From positions 1-59,636 of the IMG/VR virus record IMGVR_UViG_3300031578_000030: a stretch of DNA of 59,636 nucleotides; one strand, given 5' to 3'. Every line of letters starts with the position of its first letter. Position 1 is the first letter of the stretch. The translations under genes were made by a program, and so were the position numbers. This stretch comes from a virus (lineage: Duplodnaviria; Caudoviricetes). Shown one piece after another: positions 8,659-16,954 of the stretch. The notes under the pieces are model-generated. The model was not told the DNA's origin. It worked only from the letters and a program-made list of their open reading frames with translations, and ran no database searches.

Positions 8659-9139
8659 CGGCTCGCTCATCGCTAACGCACATCCCGATTCGCGGCTCGC
8701 TCACACACCTCGCACATCGCGATAGTCGACTCGCTCTTAGCCAGCGCACATCATCACTCCCGACTCGCTCTACGGCTTCGCACATCCCCATACACGACTC
8801 GCTCCAGAGGTTCGCACATCTTCGGCCGCGGCTCGCTCATTGGCTTCGCACATCCGCTCTTTCGGCTCGCTCATCCCTCACGCACATCCGAACTAGCGGC
8901 TCGCTCATCGCTAACGCACATCGTAGCTTGCGGCTCGCTCGACGGCACCGCACATCTCAACCATCGGCTCGCTCCACTCTTTCGCACATCAAAAAGGGCG
9001 GCTCGCTCCCGCTACTCGCACATCGCCGACCCCGGCTCGCTCCGCATCAACGCACATCTTGCACAGCGGCTCGCTCGGGCTTTACGCACATCACGCCATA
9101 CGGCTCGCTCCCCTATCGCGCACATCGTACACAACGGCT
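8659..9139 (-). ncRNA. TIGR-like dual-repeat guide-RNA array, 14 units of 34 nt
   Basis: + strand unit is CGRCTCGCTC-N8-CGCACATC-N8, starting at 8659, 8693, 8727 ... 9101 with an exact 34-nt period, plus a partial repeat CGGCT at 9135-9139. In sense (- strand): AGCCG-N8-GATGTGCG-N8-GAGCG. Confidence 0.85.
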
Positions 9140-10049
9140 ATTCTTCTCCTAGCAATCGCCCCAATGAATGCCCTTCGTACTTGCCCGGCCACAGTGGCGG
9201 CGTGATCAGGTGCGTATGCTGCCGTCCGTCGTGCTCGAACACGTACGGCTTCGGGGCTGCCGTGCCGTGGAAATCCTCGTACATCACCTGATGAAGATGA
9301 GAGAGAAACAGCTTGACCGCCACCCGCCGCGCCCACTCGTGCAAGTGTTGTGGGCACAATCGGCCAGCCTCCCAATCCTTCCATCGCGGCTTGACCTTCA
9401 TCTTCCTCAGCAAGGCCGGGCTGGCTTCGCATCGTTCGATTTCTCGCCGTGCGTGCTCGACAAAGCCGCTCGCCTCGTTACGACGGATCAAGGCAGCCTT
9501 CGTCTCGGCGTAGAACCGGCCATACACGCTGCTCTCCCGGCTGGACGTGCGGACAAAACATTCACCCATTCGATACGCGACAATGCTTTTGAGCGGCGCG
9601 TTCCAGGGGCGTTTCTGGCCCTTCTCCCACTTCGCATCGGGATTCAACCCTGCAAACGACCAGAAGTGACCAGCAGTCAACGCCCGGCGGATGTCAAAAT
9701 GAGCGAGCATCGCGGCCGACAGGACGGGGCCGATCCCACATTGTGCTTGGCACCACTGACCAACTCGATAGGAGCCGGCAAACCGTCCGAGACTCGCCTT
9801 CAAGACATTCTCGAAAACGCGCATGGTATTGAATGCCCACGCAATGAGCCGATTCGGTTCAGCGTCCTCTTGGCTACTGCGGACTTGGGCCTGCGCTCGA
9901 ATCCGTTCATCCTGGACGATGTAGTAGAGATCGATCAGGAATCGGCCGTCCCGCTGTGTGAGGTCTTGTGATGCCTCCCGAATGTCCCGAGACAATTCGC
10001 GGAACGGAGCTGCCAATTCAAGCGGCAAAGTGTCGAGAACGGTACTCAT
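9138..10049 (-). CDS. TasA-like Nop-domain RNA-binding protein (IS110 C-terminal-like, no nuclease domain)
   Basis: 303 aa from an ATG with AGGAGA RBS (frame is open back to a GTG at 10337). Motifs: YYIVQDERIR helix, GIGPVLSAAML..FD, FWSFAGL, GQKRPWN, HLHEWARRVAVKLFLSHL. No DEDD RuvC or HNH. Stop codon overlaps the array. Confidence 0.8.
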   Translation of the reverse strand: MSTVLDTLPLELAAPFRELSRDIREASQDLTQRDGRFLIDLYYIVQDERIRAQAQVRSSQEDAEPNRLIAWAFNTMRVFENVLKASLGRFAGSYRVGQWCQAQCGIGPVLSAAMLAHFDIRRALTAGHFWSFAGLNPDAKWEKGQKRPWNAPLKSIVAYRMGECFVRTSSRESSVYGRFYAETKAALIRRNEASGFVEHARREIERCEASPALLRKMKVKPRWKDWEAGRLCPQHLHEWARRVAVKLFLSHLHQVMYEDFHGTAAPKPYVFEHDGRQHTHLITPPLWPGKYEGHSLGRLLGEE

Positions 10050-10333
10050 TCGAGTCTCCTGTAAAAAGGGTATCACTTGGTTTCCGTTTGTTCTTTCATG
10101 GCCAACGCTGCCGATCGACCTCAGCCATGAACCGCTCGCAGGCCCCCTGTGTCCTCGATCCCCGACATCATCCGCCTGGCCCTTCGCCTTCGCCTTCCGC
10201 CCGGGCCGGCAGCCGAATCGGCTCGCCGCGTATGGCCTCGCCCGTCTAACAAACTGGAAGCGAGGGGAAAACCTTTTCGGTTCGGTTCTGTTCCCACCTA
10301 ACAAATCGGACTCGTCGGCAGAATCTTTCGGGT

Positions 10334-10789
10334 TCACTCCGATTCAACAAACGCCCTCCGCTCCTCATCCGTCAGCCGTGCGGATTCAGTCGGCAGCCGC
10401 CTCAGCCCCCGTCCCGGCGATCTCGCGTGTACTTCCACTCGCGATACCACCAACGCCGCCAACCGCGGCCCCATCCGGTCGAACCAGTCGAAACCCGACT
10501 TCACCCGTCGCCGCTCAACCAAACTGAGACCCTCCGCCCAATGGATCGTGCCCGGGCGACCGTCGGCCTGCGGCGGATCCTGAACCGCCAGGATCAGACA
10601 GCGGGTGTTGCCGACACGGAAGCCGGCGGCCTGCGGTAGCGCGGCCCCACGACCGCCCCCACCCTCGCCCTCACCTTCGCCGCCAGGCAACGCGCAGCCA
10701 GGGGAAGGTTGTAGCCCCGCGATCTGCGGTGTCGCGACCAACTGCGAATCCGGTCGACTTTCGATTAGTGCAAATAGGGGGTGTGACAT
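10334..10789 (-). CDS. hypothetical protein
   Basis: 151 aa ORF between the putative origin and the Tas-like gene. Confidence 0.45.
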   Translation of the reverse strand: MSHPLFALIESRPDSQLVATPQIAGLQPSPGCALPGGEGEGEGGGGRGAALPQAAGFRVGNTRCLILAVQDPPQADGRPGTIHWAEGLSLVERRRVKSGFDWFDRMGPRLAALVVSRVEVHARSPGRGLRRLPTESARLTDEERRAFVESE

Positions 10790-10819
10790 AAGGTGTTGTC
10801 CTGCAACTGGTTATGGCTA

Positions 10820-11030
10820 CGTCCTATAGGCGTCCTATGAGCGTTCCATGAAGCAGTTTTCGTAAGTCCTTACTATGTAAGGCCGTGTCCTATGCGTCCT
10901 ATACGTCCCATGACTTCCACAACTTCTCTAATGCGCGTGTGTGTGCGTGTGTGCGCGCGCCTAAGGATTAAATGGAAACACTAGGACGCATGGGACATCT
11001 GGACGTTATCTGGACGCCACCTGGAGGTTC
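10820..11030. repeat. putative replication origin: oppositely oriented 9-mer iterons flanking a 30-bp alternating purine/pyrimidine tract
   Basis: YGTCC(T/C)ATR-like repeats at 10820, 10831, 10842, 10886, 10895 and 10904; inverted copies at 10981-11016; RY tract at 10931-10960; lies immediately downstream of the primase-helicase. Confidence 0.6.
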
Positions 11031-11076
11031 GTATACGGTTAGGCAATGTAAGACACCCTGGTAAATTAAGATATAT

Positions 11077-13533
11077 TCAAAAATTAAGCGCGTTTTGGTT
11101 ATCTGGGGTATTTTGCTCCACCTCACCTAACTCCACCAAAACGATCCCGGCGTACGCATACATGCGGTTGCCATCTGATCCGAGCCGCCTTCTTTTCACA
11201 CCGTTGAACACCCGCACGACCTCCCGGCCGAACAGTCTCTCCCCCAGTGAGTGGTATCCGTGAGACCTGCACCAGCGGCAGTACGTGTCGTAAAGCGTGG
11301 AGCAAAACACGCTCGCGTTGGGCTCCTTGCTAGCCTCGCAACACTCGGTCAGAAACGCGCGGGCAGGGTTGATCTCCTCTCGGTACTCCTCGACCGCCGT
11401 CCGTGACTGAGTGCTTTCAGTGAACCCACCTTGCCGCCGCAGCCGGTGGAGGCCGAGCACGGCCCACCAGAAGATGCCCGGTAATTCGCTTGAGCGTTCC
11501 CACCACTCCGGCTTGTCCATGCCGAGAATCCGCTCTTCTGGCGGGATTGTGATGTTGAACTGGATGACCATCATGCGGCGCCACAGGCCACCTGACCGAT
11601 CAGAGAAACGGGGCCGGTTGTTCGCACTGAGGACAAAACGGGCTGTGGGCATGGCGAAGAATGACCGCTTGTGTTTCGCCTCAAAAAGCATCCGGTCTCC
11701 GGAGGTAAACGACTTGAGAACACCTTCGGCAGCCCGGTCCATCTCAGAGCACTCAGTGGCGATGTTGGCCAGCTTGCCGAGGGTAGTCTCCAGGTCGAAG
11801 CGACCGCCGAATCGTTCCAGCGAGACGTGGGAGACATTCTGACGCCCCAGTAAGGCGATCAGCGCGGCACAAAAGACACTCTTGCCGTTATTCCCGTCAC
11901 CCTCCAGGAAGAGAAACCGCTGGAGGTTGGTGTCGTGTGTCAGGCAATAGCCGCACCACTCTTGGAGTGTGGCAATATCTTCCCGCCGGCTCTCCAAGAC
12001 ACGATCCAGAAAGGCGTCCCATTTCGGACTTTGGCAGTTTTTGCACGTTGTATCGACCGGATAGGGCAAAAACACTTGGCTGAACCAGTTGGGGGAATGT
12101 GGCAGGTTCCAATCGTCGCGCTGTTCAATGAACGCATCTACGTCCAGAAGGCAGTTTTGCACCGCCACGCAGTTGGGCCGCTGGGTGCCGTCGGTCCATG
12201 TTTGCCACTCGATGTACGACGGGAGTTTGATCATTGAGTGTACGGCCTGAATCACGTCGCTTATGAGCCGCGTGGTTACTTTCTGAACCTTAGCTGTTTC
12301 CTCTTCTTCGTCTTTCGCCTGACCACCTTTCCGTCTCGCCAAGGCCCGTAGCTGCTTGTCCACATTGATCCGATCGAATTCCGTCTTGACGCCCCTGGTT
12401 AAGTCCGCTCGCAAGTCTTCCGTGAACAGTGGCCGATAGTACGGATCTCTCGGATCCCACGACCAGTAGAAGCCTCGCCAGAACACGACTCGTTCATACG
12501 GGCAATGCTCGTCCAGAAAGACATGGGCAAGCCGGTGGGGGTCATCGTCGGCCGCCTCGGCGTCCATCTCTATGGGGATGTACGTCGGCGTGGCTGCCAC
12601 GATTTCTAGAAAACGGTTGCGCGTGCCGCCGGCCGCAATCCACTCGACGATATCTCCCTTCAGCGGCAGATTGGGGAGTTTTAGAATCCGGACGTCGGCC
12701 CCGGGCTTCAGTCGCCGGAGCTTGGCGACCATGATCTGGCCAAATGCCTCGCCCGCCGGATCGTTGTCGACCACTGCGACCACGGTGGCAAAGCGGAGTA
12801 CCGGGGACCAGTCGGCGTAATTCATGGATTTTTCGCCGCCGGCGTTGGTTGTGGCCACCAGGCCGAGCGCGGCCGCCGCGTCGACAGCCTTCTCGCCAGC
12901 GTGAATCGTCACGAGGTCGGCAGGCGCCGCTGCCTCGATCTCCTGGCGGCGGTATAGCGGCCGTGGTCCGGGCGGGTAGCCTGCCTGCCAGCCCATACCG
13001 CCCTCCAGGCCGAGCGGCACTTGATGGACCGGCCGATATTCTTTTCGCTGCTTCTCGCCGGCTGGAGTCGGCAAGTCGAAGCGTAGCACCCAGAAGGTGT
13101 CATACTGCCACTTGCCGGCCAACCGCACGCCGCGGCCGTGCTGCCTCTCCAGCAACTCCACGTAATACCGCACGATGCCGCGGGGCGTGGCGAACAGCCT
13201 GGGCTCGGCCGGCTTGCTGTTGCTCTTGTGGAGCGGCTTGGCCCCCAGGTATTCGCAGAGTGTGCTGACCACTTCCTTGAATGGTCGCCCGGTCAGCCAA
13301 CCGAGGGCCGCGATGCCATCGCCGTTCTTGGTGGAGAAACACTGGTTGCAGAACAGAGCACCGTTATCGAGGTCGATTGCACGAAACCGATCCACGCCGC
13401 CGCACTTCGGGCACGGCCCGTGTCTCTTCTGGCAACCCGGGTCAAGCTGAACGCCCGCAATCGTGGCAAAGATGTCTTGCCATCGACCGCGTGCGAGGGC
13501 CTTGAGTTCGGTGATGTTGACTTTCCGTGCCAT
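11077..13533 (-). CDS. P4-family primase/helicase (Zn ribbon + TOPRIM + D5/SF3 helicase)
   Basis: HGPCPKCGGVDRF, AGEKAVDA/DND, GDGNNGKS Walker A, SANNRPRF. Confidence 0.9.
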   Translation of the reverse strand: MARKVNITELKALARGRWQDIFATIAGVQLDPGCQKRHGPCPKCGGVDRFRAIDLDNGALFCNQCFSTKNGDGIAALGWLTGRPFKEVVSTLCEYLGAKPLHKSNSKPAEPRLFATPRGIVRYYVELLERQHGRGVRLAGKWQYDTFWVLRFDLPTPAGEKQRKEYRPVHQVPLGLEGGMGWQAGYPPGPRPLYRRQEIEAAAPADLVTIHAGEKAVDAAAALGLVATTNAGGEKSMNYADWSPVLRFATVVAVVDNDPAGEAFGQIMVAKLRRLKPGADVRILKLPNLPLKGDIVEWIAAGGTRNRFLEIVAATPTYIPIEMDAEAADDDPHRLAHVFLDEHCPYERVVFWRGFYWSWDPRDPYYRPLFTEDLRADLTRGVKTEFDRINVDKQLRALARRKGGQAKDEEEETAKVQKVTTRLISDVIQAVHSMIKLPSYIEWQTWTDGTQRPNCVAVQNCLLDVDAFIEQRDDWNLPHSPNWFSQVFLPYPVDTTCKNCQSPKWDAFLDRVLESRREDIATLQEWCGYCLTHDTNLQRFLFLEGDGNNGKSVFCAALIALLGRQNVSHVSLERFGGRFDLETTLGKLANIATECSEMDRAAEGVLKSFTSGDRMLFEAKHKRSFFAMPTARFVLSANNRPRFSDRSGGLWRRMMVIQFNITIPPEERILGMDKPEWWERSSELPGIFWWAVLGLHRLRRQGGFTESTQSRTAVEEYREEINPARAFLTECCEASKEPNASVFCSTLYDTYCRWCRSHGYHSLGERLFGREVVRVFNGVKRRRLGSDGNRMYAYAGIVLVELGEVEQNTPDNQNALNF

Positions 13534-13549
13534 GCTGGCTACCGTGCCG

Positions 13550-14140
13550 TTATCGTTTTTCTTTTTGTTGCGCCGTCCAGGCTGCTTTGAGAATTGAAAA
13601 CGTCCGTAATTCCGCTCCACGTCGATCGCCGGCTGCCCACCAATGGACTCGTCTGTACCGCACCGACCACGCGGCGATCGTGCCCTCCACGCTCCGCGGA
13701 TCGGTGCGGTTTTCCCACCCTGGCCGATGTTCTGCCGGAGCTGCGATCTCCGCCCACGTCGCCTCGATCACCACGGCCGCGAAGCCGGGTAGGTTATCAA
13801 GTCGCTCGATCTCCCGTTCGAACCGTTCTCGGCCCCACGTGATTGAGCCGTACAAATCCTCCAGGCTCTTGCGCTCCACGGCCAGGGAATCATTGAGCCC
13901 TTTGACGCTGTAATCTCCGGTGGTCAAGCCGACGATTGACATCGGTACTATCAAAGCCTCACCGGCCGGGCCAATTATGCCAGAGAACTCGTAGGGAAGC
14001 TGTTCGCGTGAATCGACCAACACCGTGAAGGGGCAAAGGGTGATTGCTTGACGGAGATTCGCACCGCCGGAAGCCCGCGGTTGCCGGCAGGTGCGGATAC
14101 CGCCAAGATCAAAGGTGTCGGGGACGCGTTGCACCGTCAC
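13550..14140 (-). CDS. ERCC4 domain nuclease
   Basis: VDSREQ, GDYS, VERKSLEDL, RFEREIERL. Confidence 0.88.
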   Translation of the reverse strand: MTVQRVPDTFDLGGIRTCRQPRASGGANLRQAITLCPFTVLVDSREQLPYEFSGIIGPAGEALIVPMSIVGLTTGDYSVKGLNDSLAVERKSLEDLYGSITWGRERFEREIERLDNLPGFAAVVIEATWAEIAAPAEHRPGWENRTDPRSVEGTIAAWSVRYRRVHWWAAGDRRGAELRTFSILKAAWTAQQKEKR

Positions 14141-15000
14141 GCTTCCTGAAATTCCGGCTTGGCTTTGCGAAGCGCGACCATCGCGTCAACCAGATTGTCG
14201 TAGCCGCTTTCGCCGAAACCTTTAATCTCTTTCCACCAGTACTCCTCGTCTCCGGCTTTGTTCATGCGATCGATGAGCTTGCCCATCGTAGTGAGGTTGG
14301 CGTTGGTAAGCAGTTTCAGCTTGCCGGCGGCAAGCCCGTGTTCCACCAAACATGATGTCGGCCATCGTCGCCACGCCTTGGAGGTTTTGGCGGATGGTTC
14401 ACCGGCAGGTGGTTCACTTTCGCCATTGTCGCCGGGCTCCGCGGTTTCGGCCTTCTGGGCCTCGGCCAGCAGGGGCCTCTTGGCATCGTTGATGATCGCC
14501 TGAGCGAGGGCCGCCAGATCGCTTGTCCACACCCCGTGCCGTTCAACCACGATCTTGAACTCTTCGCAATCGTGTTTGCGGATGCGGCACACCAGCCGGT
14601 CGCGGTCGTCCAGTTTGGGGTTGCCGTCACTGTCGATCACGATCTGAGCATGGCAAAGCTCATGGTCGATCAAGGCCCGTTTCTCCTTGATGTTTAACCC
14701 CTGCCATGCCTCCTGGTTAAGCATGATCACAAAATCGAACGAGTCCAACTCGCGGTCAAGGTCGCCGCGCTTGCGGCATTTGCCGAGGCAGAGGATGCCG
14801 TTGGCATCGGCCCGCCATCCTAGCCGCCACGCTAGGGTGATTCTCGCATCGGCCAGATGACTGTGGTGCGCGAGCTTGATTTCTTCCATCAGAGCCCACG
14901 GTTCCGTGACTTCGCCCGCGTGTACGCGCGGGATCAACTTCACCGTTACCCGTTTCCGCCGTTTCTCTTTCACGCCACCGCTTCCTTTACATCGTCCCAT
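14137..15000 (-). CDS. putative phage metallopeptidase
   Basis: ALIDHELCH (HExxH) followed by RKHDCEEF. Confidence 0.75.
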   Translation of the reverse strand: MGRCKGSGGVKEKRRKRVTVKLIPRVHAGEVTEPWALMEEIKLAHHSHLADARITLAWRLGWRADANGILCLGKCRKRGDLDRELDSFDFVIMLNQEAWQGLNIKEKRALIDHELCHAQIVIDSDGNPKLDDRDRLVCRIRKHDCEEFKIVVERHGVWTSDLAALAQAIINDAKRPLLAEAQKAETAEPGDNGESEPPAGEPSAKTSKAWRRWPTSCLVEHGLAAGKLKLLTNANLTTMGKLIDRMNKAGDEEYWWKEIKGFGESGYDNLVDAMVALRKAKPEFQEA

Positions 15001-15022
15001 GATCCGTTTCCTTTATTGCTGG

Positions 15023-15271
15023 TCAGTCAAGAAACCATCGCCGAAGTCCGTCCAGCATGTTCTCCAGCGCGGTAAGTTGTTTTTTCGTTACCTGGTCGTG
15101 CTCATCGATGTAGTTGGCGATGTCGCCGGCGGTCTCGATTACGGACGGGCCGAAATCCTCAGCCTCCTCCGGCAAGTCATCCGCCAGCGTCTCGATTTTT
15201 TCGATCAGTTCGCGTGCAGTCTCTATGTCGTCCTTGTCCGGTACGTCGCCAAGATCGAACGTGTTGTTCAT
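15023..15271 (-). CDS. small acidic hypothetical protein
   Basis: Start MNNTFD with ATGA overlap to the helicase stop. Confidence 0.65.
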   Translation of the reverse strand: MNNTFDLGDVPDKDDIETARELIEKIETLADDLPEEAEDFGPSVIETAGDIANYIDEHDQVTKKQLTALENMLDGLRRWFLD

Positions 15272-16698
15272 GTCAGTGCCGTCTCCCAGGCGGACTCTAT
15301 GCCGGCCTGTTGAAGCCCCTTGATTGATTCCACGAGGAATGTCTTGCGATTCCAGATGTGCGACTTTGCACACATCCCGTCCAACACGTCCCGCTGGCCG
15401 ACCGTAACGGCGAGTGTCTCCGCCCGGCTCAATGCAGTGTAGAGCCAACACCGATCGCAGAGCATCCGGGCGCCCGGGTAGGCATCGGCTACAATAATCG
15501 TCACCGGCCACTGGCTACCCTGACTCTTGTGGCATGAGATCGCATAGGCCAATTCCCAGTTGCAACCCGTGCTTTGTGCCTGACCGTCGCTTTCATCGTC
15601 GCCGTTTCCGCTGTCGCCACGGGGAATTCGCACCAACCGATCCGGCAACCAGAGGCGGGCTACGGTGTAGCGGGGGAACACCGCCAGCACGGCAGCTTGC
15701 TCGCCGTTGGCCGTATACACCTTGTTCTCTTTGCGCCCTTCATTCCACGGGCCGCCCGCGAGGCCGCGTGGCAGAATCGTTTCGACGGGCATCCAACCGT
15801 TTTTGCCGTTGACGATCTTGTCGCCGACGCGGAAAGGATTGCCTTGCACCTGATCACCGCCGGGATTGAGGAATCCTTGGAGGATTCGATTTAGTTTGAC
15901 TCGGGCCAACGGCGATTTCTCGTTGACTGGTACAAGCACCTGACAATCCCATACCGGATCAATTTGTCGGCCGGCAATCGCCGCTCCGCGGCGGAACTTG
16001 TCAAGTACCGTTTTGATGGTTTCGATTTGCCCTTCAGGTTCCGCCTTCTCGACGTGCAGGAGGTTCTCCGGCGATTCGGCCTCCAGGTCCAGTCTGAGTG
16101 ATGACGCAAATCGATGACGGTCCACGATCCCGTGGCAAGAACGTACGATCCGGCCTGCGTTGCGGCGAATCTCCGTAAGTTCGCCATACGGCAGACCGGC
16201 AGCCACGAGGTCGCGGAGCGGCGCGCCGTAGCCAACCGGCGAAAGCTGGTTCACGTCGCCGATCAGCATCACGCGGCAGCCTGGCTGCCGGGCTGCCAGA
16301 AGCGAGGCGGTCAGCGACGTGTCGCACATACTGGCCTCGTCTACGAAAATCCAATCGAGCGGCAGCGGGTTGTCTTCGTCATGCTGAAAGGACCATTCGC
16401 CGCTATCTTCGTCCCGGCTGGGTCCGAGCAGCGAATGGATCGTGGTGGCCCGGACGCCCTGCACGCCGGCTTGCTTGAGTGATTCGGTGATCCGTACGGC
16501 GGCCTTGCCTGTGGGGGCCGCTACGGCAGACCTGCCGGCGGGGACGCGGGAGAGAATGCGAGCGAGCGAAAACGTTTTTCCACTTCCTGGCCTGCCCCCC
16601 AGGATGCCAAGGCATCCGCGAGCTGCGGCGGCGTACCGCTCTCGCTGATGGTCTGAGAGGTCTGGCAGGGATGAGGGATCAGGCCATTCCATCTTCAC
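15268..16698 (-). CDS. RecD2-like SF1B helicase (motor portion)
   Basis: GRPGSGKT, APTGKAA, TIHSLL, VDEASM, GDVNQL, AYAISCHKSQGSQW, LYTALSRA. Confidence 0.9.
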   Translation of the reverse strand: MKMEWPDPSSLPDLSDHQRERYAAAARGCLGILGGRPGSGKTFSLARILSRVPAGRSAVAAPTGKAAVRITESLKQAGVQGVRATTIHSLLGPSRDEDSGEWSFQHDEDNPLPLDWIFVDEASMCDTSLTASLLAARQPGCRVMLIGDVNQLSPVGYGAPLRDLVAAGLPYGELTEIRRNAGRIVRSCHGIVDRHRFASSLRLDLEAESPENLLHVEKAEPEGQIETIKTVLDKFRRGAAIAGRQIDPVWDCQVLVPVNEKSPLARVKLNRILQGFLNPGGDQVQGNPFRVGDKIVNGKNGWMPVETILPRGLAGGPWNEGRKENKVYTANGEQAAVLAVFPRYTVARLWLPDRLVRIPRGDSGNGDDESDGQAQSTGCNWELAYAISCHKSQGSQWPVTIIVADAYPGARMLCDRCWLYTALSRAETLAVTVGQRDVLDGMCAKSHIWNRKTFLVESIKGLQQAGIESAWETALT

Positions 16699-16954
16699 TT
16701 GCTTTCATTTTCTCACACTCTTCTTTGGCGCGGCCAACCATTTCGTCACTCGCGTAGCTGAGTTCTGAAAATCCACAGACGGAATAACCTATCAATTGCG
16801 CAAACTGTTCTCGATCCTCTTTTGCAAAAGGAATTATCGCCAAATGGTTCATGTCAGACGGTCCACAGTCCAAGAGGTAGCGAACAATCTCGTTTTTCCG
16901 GAAACGAAATGTTCCGTCAGAGTCTCGTACAATCTCTTGTGCGGGGTGTTTCAT
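16679..16954 (-). CDS. hypothetical protein inserted between the two RecD2 halves
   Basis: Start MKHPAQ, ATGA overlap, lower GC; RFRKNEIVRYLLD...EQFAQLIGYS. Confidence 0.7.
   Translation of the reverse strand: MKHPAQEIVRDSDGTFRFRKNEIVRYLLDCGPSDMNHLAIIPFAKEDREQFAQLIGYSVCGFSELSYASDEMVGRAKEECEKMKASEDGMA

Noticed and set aside
8659-9139. CRISPR array
   Set aside because: Two alternating 8-10 nt repeats with 8-nt spacers do not fit CRISPR dimensions, and no cas genes are present.
8394-9152. 252 aa + strand ORF across the array
   Set aside because: It is antisense to the operon, and the 34-nt period is not a multiple of 3, so the open frame is probably incidental to stop-poor repeats.
9138-10337. 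IS110 insertion sequence
   Set aside because: No N-terminal DEDD RuvC domain and no recognisable IS ends; the adjacent dual-repeat array fits a Tas-like gene better.
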